A stretch of 64,000 bases of DNA, from assembly GCA_037146775.1 (NCBI GenBank), contig JBAWWL010000005.1, positions 102,241 to 166,240 of the forward strand, written 5' to 3'. The notes below the pieces were generated by a model. The model was not told the origin of the DNA and made no database searches. It saw nothing but the letters and a program-made list of their open reading frames with translations. Origin of the DNA: Candidatus Omnitrophota bacterium (lineage in GTDB: Bacteria; Omnitrophota; Gorgyraeia; Duberdicusellales; 4484-171). Position numbers and translations under genes: made by a program. This document shows, in pieces, positions 9,279-18,315 of this stretch (the first letter of the stretch is position 1; each line of letters opens with the position of its first letter).

Positions 9279-10150
9279 TATGTTTTTTGAGCAACGCAAG
9301 GCATCGAGCCATCGCAAGGAGCGGTGTTAAATTCTTGGAATCCTTCCCGGCAGCTTGAGAAATCAATTTTCTCTTTTTGAGCAGCTTCCTTTACTTCCCT
9401 GATTAATCGCTTCCGCATTTCTATCGGAAGATAAATATATCCGGATATTCTTTCGCCCTCTCGATAATATATTTTTTGCCAAAGATCTTTGTGTGCAGGA
9501 AATATTGTTACCATTCTTTTAAAATTATCGGGTTTTATTTTATATGTAGAAGTGATGATTTGTTTCACGCCTCTCATTTTTAATTCTCGGACCATTTTTT
9601 TTATCTCGCCGGTATTGAGCGGATAAATTAAAGGGTCAAAGCGGCAGGCGACGAAGGTAATGTGAGAAAGTAGCTCAATCGCCTTTAGTTTTTCTTCTAT
9701 TTGCGGTACAAAAGGTTCCAACTTATTTGCAAGTTTCTGGTTAAGCGTGGTAATCGTAAAGCTAACCACAATGTTTTTGTAATCTTTAAATATATCCATG
9801 TCTCTGGTAATTAAAGATGATTTAGTAACTAGCTGTACTTGCGCGGGAACATTTCTTACTGTTTTTATGAGTTCTCTGGTAAGTTTTAGTTTTTTTTCCA
9901 ACGGTTGATAGGGGTCGGAGGAATTAGCGATAGTCAGGATGGCATTTGCGGGTAATTTTTTTATTTCCTTTCTTAGCTGTACTAAAAAATTCTTTTTCGG
10001 CCTGGGTGAAAAAAAATTGATTATATAGGAAGATGCATAGCAATAGCGGCAACCATGTCCGCAGCCCACATATGCCGACACGCTGTATTTTTGAGGGCAA
10101 GTACATAGTTTTGCTTTCCAGGGGTCAAAAGGCGTAATAGCAGCCATCAA
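9275..10150 (-). CDS. Radical SAM protein, SplB-like (DNA photolyase COG1533-type) family
   Basis: CxxxCxxC motif 'CGHGCRYC' near the N-terminus. Overall length and architecture fit SplB-like radical SAM enzymes. Confidence 0.65.
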   Translation of the reverse strand: MMAAITPFDPWKAKLCTCPQKYSVSAYVGCGHGCRYCYASSYIINFFSPRPKKNFLVQLRKEIKKLPANAILTIANSSDPYQPLEKKLKLTRELIKTVRNVPAQVQLVTKSSLITRDMDIFKDYKNIVVSFTITTLNQKLANKLEPFVPQIEEKLKAIELLSHITFVACRFDPLIYPLNTGEIKKMVRELKMRGVKQIITSTYKIKPDNFKRMVTIFPAHKDLWQKIYYREGERISGYIYLPIEMRKRLIREVKEAAQKEKIDFSSCREGFQEFNTAPCDGSMPCVAQKTY

Positions 10151-10191
10151 CGTTATATTTTAGAAAAGAAGTCTTATAAGTCAAATCATTT

Positions 10192-10240
10192 AATCGCTCC
10201 GCAGAGATTTCCGGGCTTTTGGGATGAATGCGGAGCGATT
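10192..10240. promoter_or_regulatory. 12-bp perfect inverted repeat in divergent intergenic region
   Basis: 'aatcgctccgca'-N25-'tgcggagcgatt' lies between the radical SAM gene (-) and the tpx-fusion gene (+). Confidence 0.35.
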
Positions 10241-10424
10241 ATCCCGCGAGGTCGGAGAAGCTTATTGTTTAAAGCCACTCATTCGTTTTTCGGAGGAAAA
10301 TTATTATCGTTGCAAAAACGTATAGAAATATTACAATATAGACGCAAAAGCCGGCGGTATATATGTAGTATTTTTTCTGTAAATCATCTTGCTGCGGATG
10401 GTTTCAGATAATAAGGAATATGCA

Positions 10425-11276
10425 ATGGATCGAATTGTTACTTTTCAAGGCAATCCTTTAACTTTGGTGGGTAGAGTTTTGCGGCTCAACGCCCCTGCGC
10501 CTCAGTTTAAAACAGTTTCTACATCTTTAAAAGAGGTGAATCTTTCCGACTTTCAGGGGAAAACAAAAGTTATTACCTCTTTTCCTTCCGCGGATACTCC
10601 GGTTTGCGACTTGCAACTAAAAGAATTTAATAAAAGAGCGGTTTCATTATCTGGCGATATAGTTATTCTGGGTATTAGCAAAGATTTACCTTTTGCCCAA
10701 AAGCGGTTCTGCGAACTCAATAACATCAAAAATGTAACTACGCTTTCCGACTATAAATATTCCTCCTTCGGCTTAAATTACGGTTTACTCATTAAAGAAT
10801 TAAATCTTTTAGCCAGGGCGGTATTAGTCGTGGATAAAAATGATATATTAAGGTATATGCGCATAGTGGATGAAATAACGCAGCCGCCCAACTATGACGA
10901 TGTTTTAAAGAATCTTGAAATTGTATTGCATAATTCGGTTATCCCTCCAAAAGAGCAATTGCCCGGTCATTGCAAGCCCTGCGAGGCCGGCACCCCTGCT
11001 TTATCTAAAGAAAGAATAGAGAAGCTTCTTGTCGAACACCACGGTTGGCAATTGGTAGAAGATAGAAAATTAGTCAAAGAATTCCAGCATAAAGATTTCG
11101 CCGAAGCAAAATATTTTCTTGATATAGTCGCGCTTATCGCCGAAGAACAGGGCCATCATCCTATGATGACTATAATGTATACTAAGGTAAAAATTACGCT
11201 TACTACGCACGCATCAGGAGGGTTGACCGAAAACGATTTTATAATGGCAAAAATCATCGACGAAGTAAGGGGGTAA
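10425..11276 (+). CDS. tpx: Fusion protein: thiol peroxidase (Tpx, atypical 2-Cys peroxiredoxin) + pterin-4a-carbinolamine dehydratase (PCD/DCoH)
   Basis: The N-terminal approximately 165 aa aligns to Tpx ('VTFQGNPLTL...SFPSADTPVCDLQ...LPFAQKRFC...ARAVLVVDKND'). The C-terminal approximately 100 aa is PCD-like ('EHHGWQLVEDRKLVKEFQHKDFAEAKYFLDIVALIAEEQGHHPMMTIMYTKVKITLTTH'). RBS precedes the ATG at 10425. Confidence 0.8.
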   Translation: MDRIVTFQGNPLTLVGRVLRLNAPAPQFKTVSTSLKEVNLSDFQGKTKVITSFPSADTPVCDLQLKEFNKRAVSLSGDIVILGISKDLPFAQKRFCELNNIKNVTTLSDYKYSSFGLNYGLLIKELNLLARAVLVVDKNDILRYMRIVDEITQPPNYDDVLKNLEIVLHNSVIPPKEQLPGHCKPCEAGTPALSKERIEKLLVEHHGWQLVEDRKLVKEFQHKDFAEAKYFLDIVALIAEEQGHHPMMTIMYTKVKITLTTHASGGLTENDFIMAKIIDEVRG

Positions 11277-11277
11277 T

Positions 11278-11787
11278 ATGAGAGTTGCGGTCCTCGTGGA
11301 AGATAGCTATCAGGTTTTGGAGGTATGGTATCCGTATCTGCGTTTACGGGAAGAGACCGTTGAGACCGTATTTGTCGGAACCGGAAAAAAACATTACAAA
11401 AGTAAGGAAGGATACCCCCTGGAAGAAGAAATTTGCATTAAAGAGATAAAGGTGAGCGATTTTGACGGGGTGATCGTTCCGGGCGGTTATGCTCCGGATA
11501 TTTTACGCCGGCATAAAGAAGTAAATGATTTTGTGCGGGAGATGTTTAAGAAGAATAAATTGATAGCCGCAATCTGTCATGGCGGATGGGTGTTGATTTC
11601 TGCCGGAATATTGCAAGGTAAAAAAGTAACCTGTTTTGATGCGATTAAGGATGATATGATGAACGCCGGAGCAAAATACCGGGATGAAGAAGTGGTGACC
11701 GACGGCAATGTCATTACTTCGCGTAATCCCTATGATTTGCCCGCGTTCTGTACCCAGATAATTAAGTTTCTGGAAAAAAATAAATAG
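11278..11787 (+). CDS. DJ-1/PfpI family protein (class I glutamine amidotransferase-like)
   Basis: 'DGVIVPGGYAPD...AAICHGGWVLISAGIL' carries the nucleophile-elbow Cys motif of the PfpI/DJ-1 family. Confidence 0.85.
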   Translation: MRVAVLVEDSYQVLEVWYPYLRLREETVETVFVGTGKKHYKSKEGYPLEEEICIKEIKVSDFDGVIVPGGYAPDILRRHKEVNDFVREMFKKNKLIAAICHGGWVLISAGILQGKKVTCFDAIKDDMMNAGAKYRDEEVVTDGNVITSRNPYDLPAFCTQIIKFLEKNK

Positions 11788-11796
11788 ACAAATACT

Positions 11797-12027
11797 ATGG
11801 CTACGCTCTACCGCACGATTATATATTCAGGGATAATTGCTTTTATCCTTTTGTCCGCAAATATTATTTTCGGCATCATGGGACTCAACTTTATTATTCA
11901 TAAATGGTTAGGGATTTTTACTTTTATTTTTGCCTTCATACATGTGGGGCTTATTGTGTATAAAAATCTGCTCGTGCAACATAAGCGAAAGGTAACTACT
12001 CGCGCTACAAAAGGAGGAGTATTATGA
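11797..12027 (+). CDS. Small hydrophobic membrane protein (hypothetical)
   Basis: 76 aa with two predicted TM helices. Stop/start overlap with the next gene (ATGA). Confidence 0.35.
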   Translation: MATLYRTIIYSGIIAFILLSANIIFGIMGLNFIIHKWLGIFTFIFAFIHVGLIVYKNLLVQHKRKVTTRATKGGVL

Positions 12028-12356
12028 AATTTTTTATATTGTTTACGAGCTTTTTGTTGTGTGCAGCTGCGGTTTATGCACATCCGCCTAGCAGCGTAAA
12101 TATTTCCCGTAAAGGCACCACCATCGAAGTTGTAGTAACCCATACGGTTTCCAATCCATCACAACACTATATTAAGCTTATCGAAGTATTTCTAAACGGC
12201 AAAATGATTATTGAGCAGCATTTTTGTCTGCAAACTGCAAATAGCCAGCAGGCCGTGTATAACATTCCTGAGTTGAAAAACGGTGATACAGTGGAAGTCG
12301 AGGCTGATTGTAACCAGTTTGGAGAACTAAAACAGAAAATTATTATTAAAGAATAA
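12024..12356 (+). CDS. Signal-peptide superoxide reductase-like (desulfoferrodoxin Fe-binding domain-like) protein
   Basis: After the signal peptide, 'AHPPSSV...VVVTHTVSNPSQHYIKLIEVFL...ADCNQFGELKQ' parallels the 1Fe-SOR segments 'KHVPVIE...HPNTTEHHIRYIELYF...CNIHGLWEN'. Rubredoxin is encoded immediately downstream. Confidence 0.5.
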   Translation: MKFFILFTSFLLCAAAVYAHPPSSVNISRKGTTIEVVVTHTVSNPSQHYIKLIEVFLNGKMIIEQHFCLQTANSQQAVYNIPELKNGDTVEVEADCNQFGELKQKIIIKE

Positions 12357-12449
12357 CATCGCCACAATTTTTACCTGTCGCGCGAAATTATGATGCAGTC
12401 TTTTCTTTAGGAGAAGAGGTATTTGAAGCTGCTTGGCAAGGAGGTACAT

Positions 12450-12611
12450 ATGAAAAAATACAGATGTATTGTATGTGGTTATGTGTATGATCCAGAATTG
12501 GGAGATCCGGATGGCGGCATAGAACCGGGGATAGCCTTTGAAAAACTGCCTGATTCCTGGTTGTGTCCTGTGTGCGGCGCGGATAAAACACAGTTCGAAG
12601 CTGTACAGTGA
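12450..12611 (+). CDS. rd: Rubredoxin
   Basis: '[44 protein letters not shown]' is the classic double CxxCG rubredoxin. RBS 'aaggagg' precedes the ATG at 12450. Confidence 0.9.
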   Translation: MKKYRCIVCGYVYDPELGDPDGGIEPGIAFEKLPDSWLCPVCGADKTQFEAVQ

Positions 12612-12733
12612 AATTAGGGAGGTGCGATATGGGCACAAAAGGTATTGAACCAGTCGGTGTAGATTTGAGAAAATTAATTACTTTGCTCAATAAAGCGTAC
12701 TCGGACGAACGGCTTGCGCATTAAAATCGCCAT

Positions 12734-13906
12734 ATGATGATAAAAAAAGACATTTACTGGACGGGTTACATTGACTGGGCTTTAAGAAATTTCCACGGTT
12801 ATTCAACGCCCTCGGGCTCTACTTATAACGCCTATCTTCTTCTCGATGAAAAACCCACGCTGATAGATACGGTGAAGCGCTATGGTTATGAGGAAATGTT
12901 ATATAATATCCGAGAAGTAATCGACCCCTCTAAAATACGCTATATTATTTCTAACCATACCGAAATGGATCATTCGGGCTCAATTGGCAAAATGCTTGAG
13001 CATTGTCCCGGTGCTGAAGTGGTGTGCTCGGCCAAGGGAGAGGAGGGTTTAAAAAAACATTTTGGGTCGGATTGGAAATTCAAAGTGGTTACTACCGGCG
13101 ACAGTATATCTATCGGTAAACGTACGCTTAAATTTTTCCCCGTACCCATGGTGCACTGGCCGGATTCCATGGTTACCTATTGTCCCCAAGAAAAGATATT
13201 ATTTTCTAATGATGCATTCGGACAACACCATGCCAGCTCAGAGCGTTTCGCCGATGAGGTTGGTATCGAAACTGTCTGCAAAGAAGCAGAGAAATATTAT
13301 GCCAATATTGTGTTACCATATGGAAGCCAGGTCGTAAAAGCGTTAGAGGCGCTTCAGTCTTTACCTATCGAAACGATCTGTCCTTCGCACGGTCTCGTCT
13401 GGCGCAGGGCGGAAGATATTAAGCGTATCATTGCACTTTATACGCAGTGGGCGCAATATCAGTCCGAGCCGCGCGTCGCTATTGTCTATGATACTATGTG
13501 GCATTCGAGCGAAAAAATGGCTTTGCGCTTATGCCAGTTACTCGAAAAAGACGGCCTTGCGGTAAAATTAATGAGTTTACAAGCCGTGCATATTTCGGAT
13601 GCGATGACCGAAGTGATGCGTTCCAGGGTAATTTGTATCGGTAGCGCAATCTTAAACAATAAAATACTCCCCAGCATGGGAGCGTTCCTTACGTATATGA
13701 AAGGATTAAAGCCAAAAAACCGTTCCGGTTTTACTTTTGGTTCGTACGGTTGGTCGCAAATCGGTTTCAAAGAACTGGAGGATGCGTTGCATGAGTCCGG
13801 GATAACGAAGTTATGTGACAGTGTCTATAGTAACTGGGTGCCTGACGAGGGAGAACTTAAACGGCTGGAAGAGGTAGTGATAAAAATAAAACAGGCAATA
13901 CTTTAA
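12734..13906 (+). CDS. fprA: Flavodiiron protein (FprA / rubredoxin:oxygen oxidoreductase-like)
   Basis: N-terminal metallo-beta-lactamase-like diiron domain ('HTEMDHSG...') followed by a C-terminal flavodoxin-like domain ('RVAIVYDTMWHSSEKMA'). Confidence 0.9.
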   Translation: MMIKKDIYWTGYIDWALRNFHGYSTPSGSTYNAYLLLDEKPTLIDTVKRYGYEEMLYNIREVIDPSKIRYIISNHTEMDHSGSIGKMLEHCPGAEVVCSAKGEEGLKKHFGSDWKFKVVTTGDSISIGKRTLKFFPVPMVHWPDSMVTYCPQEKILFSNDAFGQHHASSERFADEVGIETVCKEAEKYYANIVLPYGSQVVKALEALQSLPIETICPSHGLVWRRAEDIKRIIALYTQWAQYQSEPRVAIVYDTMWHSSEKMALRLCQLLEKDGLAVKLMSLQAVHISDAMTEVMRSRVICIGSAILNNKILPSMGAFLTYMKGLKPKNRSGFTFGSYGWSQIGFKELEDALHESGITKLCDSVYSNWVPDEGELKRLEEVVIKIKQAIL

Positions 13907-13919
13907 AAAGGAGTGAACT

Positions 13920-14402
13920 ATGACAAATGTGTTTAGCCCGCAAGAAATATTACGGATAGCGATTAAAGTCGAAGAAAACGGCAAGCAGCTTTATGAAATG
14001 TTGGCCAAGAATGCGAAAGAGAAAAAAATAAAAGATATATGGAACTATTTGGCGACGCAGGAAGGGCTGCATAAGAAAACTTTTGAAGAAATGCTGGAAA
14101 AAGCAGGGGATTATGTCGTCTATGAATATAGCCCGGGCGAATACGACGCGTATCTCAAAGCTATTTCTGCGCAATATGTTTTTGCTCCGGAACACATCGC
14201 AAAGAAAATTTACGATGGATTTGCGTCGGACATAGATGCGCTTGACTTTGGTATTTCCATCGAAAAGGATTCGATCCTTATCTACTCGGCGTTACGAAAG
14301 TATATAAAAGCGGATAAGCAATCCGCGATAGACAAGGTTCTTTTCGAAGAAAAAGACCATTTGGTGAAGCTTATTTTACTCAAAGATTCGTTAAAGAAGT
14401 GA
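13920..14402 (+). CDS. Ferritin-like/rubrerythrin-like diiron domain protein (no rubredoxin domain)
   Basis: Two E...ExxH half-sites ('EENGKQLYEML...ATQEGLHKKTFEEML' and 'EKDSILIYSALRKY...EEKDHLV'). Confidence 0.6.
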   Translation: MTNVFSPQEILRIAIKVEENGKQLYEMLAKNAKEKKIKDIWNYLATQEGLHKKTFEEMLEKAGDYVVYEYSPGEYDAYLKAISAQYVFAPEHIAKKIYDGFASDIDALDFGISIEKDSILIYSALRKYIKADKQSAIDKVLFEEKDHLVKLILLKDSLKK

Positions 14403-14409
14403 GGTTGTA

Positions 14410-14640
14410 ATGGAAATAAAAATTTATACCACGGCTACATGCCCTTATTGCCGCATGGCAAAACAGTACATCTCTTCTCAGGGGTTTTTTTATCAGGAAA
14501 TTGATGTGTCGAGTAACCAGGCTGCTTCGGAGGAGATGGTGAAGCTTTCCGGTCAAATGGGCGTTCCTACCATTTTCATTAATGGCCAGGTAGTAGTCGG
14601 CTTTGATAAAAACCGTATTGATTCTTTGTTGGGATCGTAA
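14410..14640 (+). CDS. Glutaredoxin-like protein (NrdH/Grx family)
   Basis: 'IYTTATCPYCRMAKQY...GVPTIFINGQVVVGFD' shows the thioredoxin-fold CPYC active site. Confidence 0.75.
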   Translation: MEIKIYTTATCPYCRMAKQYISSQGFFYQEIDVSSNQAASEEMVKLSGQMGVPTIFINGQVVVGFDKNRIDSLLGS

Positions 14641-14679
14641 TTGAAACTTCTAACCCGCGTTGTATAATTTAATAAACCA

Positions 14680-14898
14680 ATGCCCCTTTATGCATACTAC
14701 TGCAAGAAATGTTCCGAAAAGTTTGATCTGCTTTTGGGCATGAGCCAGGAGAAAACAGAATTGAAATGCCCGGCTTGTAAAAGCAAAAAGATAGAAAAAG
14801 TATTCGCTCCGTTTCGGGTAGGCGGCTCAAGCAGCGAAAAGAATTCTTCCTCGAAGTGTGGTTCCTGTTCCGGAGGGTCCTGTTCAGGCTGCCACTAA
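14680..14898 (+). CDS. FmdB-family zinc-ribbon protein
   Basis: 'YAYYCKKCSEKFD...LKCPACKS...' has two CxxC pairs, with a Ser/Gly/Cys-rich tail. Confidence 0.7.
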   Translation: MPLYAYYCKKCSEKFDLLLGMSQEKTELKCPACKSKKIEKVFAPFRVGGSSSEKNSSSKCGSCSGGSCSGCH

Positions 14899-14934
14899 AT
14901 TAGGCTAAAGACCACAAAGGAAAATAATATTAAT

Positions 14935-15030
14935 ATACTAAACCCTACCCCAAAAATCCTAAACTCTAAACAAACTCAAAACCAAAATTATCCAAACTCG
15001 AACCATTAGAGTTCAGTGTTTTTAGTGTCG
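14935..15030. repeat. Heptamer-built palindromic repeat family, copy I (partial)
   Basis: 'cctaaactctaaacaaactcaaaaccaaaa...gagttcagtgtttttagtg' shares CTAAAC/TTTAG motifs with the copies at 23640 and 57428. Confidence 0.4.
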
Positions 15031-15035
15031 AGATT

Positions 15036-15947
15036 ATGAAAACATACGACTTAATAATTCTTGGTGCCGGCCCGGCTGGCATAACTGCTGCAGTCTATGC
15101 AGCCAGAAAAAAACTCGATTTTTTAGTTATTACCCAAGACGTCGGTGGACAAACCGTTTGGAGCGGTGATATAGAAAATTATACCGGTTATCAATTCATC
15201 AGCGGCCCGGATCTTGCTTTAAAATTTCAAGAACACATGAATGCTTTTTCCATGTCGGTACATATGCCGGAAGAAGTTCAGTATCTCGCGAAAGCCGGCC
15301 GATTAGTAGAGGTGCGGACCGATAAAGGAAGCTATCTTTCTAAGGCGGCAATTATTGCGACCGGAAAACATCCACGTTCTCTCAGTGTTCCCGGAGAAAA
15401 AGAATTTAGAAATCGCGGCGTGACGTATTGCGCTACCTGTGACGGCCCTTTGTTCAAAGACAAAACCGTAGCCGTGGTTGGAGGAGGCAACTCCGCACTT
15501 GATGCGGCGCTGCAGATGATAAAGATCTCGCCAAAAGTTCATGTCATTAATACCGCTGCCCGTCTGACTGCGGACCCTGTTATGACAGAGAAGCTGCAAA
15601 GGGCAACGAATGCCGAAATATGGAATAATGCCAAAGTAACAAAGATCAGCGGTGATACCTTCGTAGGGAGTTGTGAAGTAGAAAAAGATGGTGTATCATT
15701 TTCTCTGGCGGTGTCGGGGATTTTGATAGAAATTGGCTTAATTCCTAATTCTGATTTTACTAAGGCAGTGAAACGCAACGATGTGGGGGAAATTATTGTC
15801 GATAACCATAATAGCACCGACATCGAAGGTATTTTTTCCGCGGGAGACGTAACAGACGTTTTTGAGAAACAAATTATCGTTGCCTGTGGTGAAGGCGCAA
15901 AAGCCTGCCTTGCGGCATTTCATTATCTATCAACTCATGATTTTTAA
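15036..15947 (+). CDS. trxB: Thioredoxin-disulfide reductase-like flavoprotein
   Basis: 'DLIILGAGPAGITAA' FAD-binding motif, redox-active 'CATCDG', and a second GGGNSA NAD(P)-binding motif. Confidence 0.8.
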   Translation: MKTYDLIILGAGPAGITAAVYAARKKLDFLVITQDVGGQTVWSGDIENYTGYQFISGPDLALKFQEHMNAFSMSVHMPEEVQYLAKAGRLVEVRTDKGSYLSKAAIIATGKHPRSLSVPGEKEFRNRGVTYCATCDGPLFKDKTVAVVGGGNSALDAALQMIKISPKVHVINTAARLTADPVMTEKLQRATNAEIWNNAKVTKISGDTFVGSCEVEKDGVSFSLAVSGILIEIGLIPNSDFTKAVKRNDVGEIIVDNHNSTDIEGIFSAGDVTDVFEKQIIVACGEGAKACLAAFHYLSTHDF

Positions 15948-15985
15948 ATGTTTCTTGCTTCCAAGTATCGAGAGGATTTTTTAAC

Positions 15986-16465
15986 ATGATCATATTATCT
16001 CCTACGCTAATTAATTTTTTCGAAAAACAAACATTCGTAATTGTTTCTACTATTGATAGTTCAGGGAGCATTAATTGTGCGGCAAAAGGAATTGTTATGG
16101 CCCAGAAGCAAGGCAAGATCTACCTGATAGACCTTTACAAAACGAACACCTTTCACAATTTACAGGAAAATCACACCATTAGCGTTACTGCCGTAGATGA
16201 ACATCTGTTTATGGGGTACACATTAAAGGGCCGGGCACGTATGGTGGCACGTGATAAAATAGGCGCACCGCTGATAAAAAAATGGGAAGCAAGAGTTGTC
16301 CATCGCATTTCCAAGCGGCTCATTAAAAACGTCAAAGATAATAGAGATTCTCGGCACCATCCTGAAGTAAAGTTTCCTTATCCTCAGTATCTTATTGAAA
16401 TGTCAGTTGAAGAGGTGGTAGATTTGACACCCGCCCACCTTAAACAAGATTTTTCTCGTTCATGA
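15986..16465 (+). CDS. Pyridoxamine 5'-phosphate oxidase-like FMN-binding split-barrel protein
   Basis: 159 aa. The 'FVIVSTIDSSGSINCAAKG...' N-terminal pattern is typical of PNPOx-like general stress proteins. Weak call. Confidence 0.45.
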   Translation: MIILSPTLINFFEKQTFVIVSTIDSSGSINCAAKGIVMAQKQGKIYLIDLYKTNTFHNLQENHTISVTAVDEHLFMGYTLKGRARMVARDKIGAPLIKKWEARVVHRISKRLIKNVKDNRDSRHHPEVKFPYPQYLIEMSVEEVVDLTPAHLKQDFSRS

Positions 16466-16544
16466 AATTTCTATAACTTTCGGTAATTTTTTTAAATTTC
16501 TTCTTGATTTTTGTTCGAATACATTATATTTTATAGAGGTAATC

Positions 16545-18314
16545 ATGATGACGCCAATAGAAAAATGGGTAGAAGAAGTTGCCGGATTGACTGAACCAAA
16601 AGAAATTTACTGGTGCGACGGTTCGGAAAAGGAAGCGCAACGTCTTATTGAAAAAGGGATACGAGAAGAACGTATCAACGGTAAGCCTGTATTCCATGAG
16701 TTGAACCAAAAAAGCTGGCCGAACGCATACCTGCATCGCAGCCACCCCAATGATGTCGCACGTACGGAAAATTTGACTTTTGTCTGCCATCCAGATAAAG
16801 AAACCAATGGTCCGAATAATAATTGGATGGCGCCCCAGGACGCTAAACAAAGACTTACGCAATTGACCAAAGGGTGCATGAGGGGAAGAACTATGTATGT
16901 GCTTCCTTTTGTGATGGGACATCCGGACTCGCCAATTGCTAAATTTTGCGTACAGGTAACCGACAATTCATATGTTGCAATCAACATGCGGATCATGACG
17001 CGCATGGGTAAGGATGTCCTGGATCGGATCGGTAACAGCGATAATTTTATTAAAGGGTTACATTCCGTAGGAGATCTTGATCCTGAACGCCGCCTGATCG
17101 TACATTTTCCCGAGGAACGCTTAGTTTGGAGTGTCGGTTCAGGCTACGGCGGTAACGCGCTATTGGGTAAAAAATGCATATCATTGCGCCTTGCTTCCTG
17201 GATTGGATATCAGGAAGGTTGGCTTGCCGAACACATGATTGTTGTCGGCGTCGAAGACCCTCAAGGAAATATTGATTATTTAGTTGCGGCATTACCGAGT
17301 GCCTGCGGCAAAACAAATTTAGCCATGTTACGTTCGGCGCTGCCCGGCTATAAAATATGGACTCTCGGAGACGATATCGCCTGGCTACGTATTGGCGAAG
17401 ACGGCCGGTTGTGGGCCACAAATCCTGAGATGGGATTTTTCGGCGTTGCTCCGGGCACCTCTTTAAAGACTAACCCGTTAATGATTGAAACATTAAAGCA
17501 AGGCACATTTTATCCTACGCTTTTTACGAATACTGCTTTGGATATCGACACCAATGAGCCGTGGTGGGAAGATTTGAGTGCACAGCCGCAGCATATGCTG
17601 GATTGGCAAGGAAATACATTTTTGCCGCAGTCAGGCGCAAAGGCCGCACATGCGAATTCGCGCTTTACCGTATCTACGCTGCAATGCCCGACCCTGTCGA
17701 AAGAATTTAATAATCCAAAGGGTGTGCCGATTTCCGGAATTATCTTAGGTGGCAGGCGCTCTGGCCTTATCCCGCTGGTGTATGAGAGTTTTGATTGGCA
17801 GCATGGGGTATTTTCTGGAGCAATGATGGGCTCTGAAACTACTGCTGCGGCGCAGCATGCGGTAGGAGTTTTACGCCGCGACCCCATGGCCATGCTTCCT
17901 TTTTGTGGTTATAATATGGGGACTTACTTTGGTCACTGGCTCGCTATCGGTAAGAAGCTGAAACATCCGCCCAAAATATTTTTTGTTAACTGGTTCAGAA
18001 AAGATGACAACGGCCGATTTCTTTGGCCCGGTTTTGGAGAAAATATCAGAGTGCTTCAGTGGATAATCGCTCGTACGAAGAATAAAGCCCAGGCAAAGGA
18101 AACGCATATAGGGCTTGTTCCCGATATGGGAAGTTTTGATCTTTCCTCGCTCTCTATTCCCAAAGCACATATAGAAAAGCTCTTTTCGATTGATGAGAAA
18201 AAGTGGGATGCCGAATTAAAAGAGGCTGAAGAGTTTTTCAAGAAATTTGGTACATGTATACCCGAAGCTTTGCACCAGGAATTTGATATTTTGGAAAAAA
18301 AGTTAAAAACGTAA
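16545..18314 (+). CDS. pckG: Phosphoenolpyruvate carboxykinase (GTP)
   Basis: 589 aa with a family-typical N-terminus ('YWCDGSEKEAQRL', 'HPNDVARTE'), the PEPCK-specific loop 'LPSACGKTNLAML', and a C-terminal nucleotide-binding region. Confidence 0.9.
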   Translation: MMTPIEKWVEEVAGLTEPKEIYWCDGSEKEAQRLIEKGIREERINGKPVFHELNQKSWPNAYLHRSHPNDVARTENLTFVCHPDKETNGPNNNWMAPQDAKQRLTQLTKGCMRGRTMYVLPFVMGHPDSPIAKFCVQVTDNSYVAINMRIMTRMGKDVLDRIGNSDNFIKGLHSVGDLDPERRLIVHFPEERLVWSVGSGYGGNALLGKKCISLRLASWIGYQEGWLAEHMIVVGVEDPQGNIDYLVAALPSACGKTNLAMLRSALPGYKIWTLGDDIAWLRIGEDGRLWATNPEMGFFGVAPGTSLKTNPLMIETLKQGTFYPTLFTNTALDIDTNEPWWEDLSAQPQHMLDWQGNTFLPQSGAKAAHANSRFTVSTLQCPTLSKEFNNPKGVPISGIILGGRRSGLIPLVYESFDWQHGVFSGAMMGSETTAAAQHAVGVLRRDPMAMLPFCGYNMGTYFGHWLAIGKKLKHPPKIFFVNWFRKDDNGRFLWPGFGENIRVLQWIIARTKNKAQAKETHIGLVPDMGSFDLSSLSIPKAHIEKLFSIDEKKWDAELKEAEEFFKKFGTCIPEALHQEFDILEKKLKT

Positions 18315-18315
18315 C

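Noticed and set aside
16524-17005. Two 132-aa minus-strand ORFs
   Set aside because: They are antisense within the strongly supported pckG coding sequence and show no independent signals. They are typical GC-skewed shadow ORFs.
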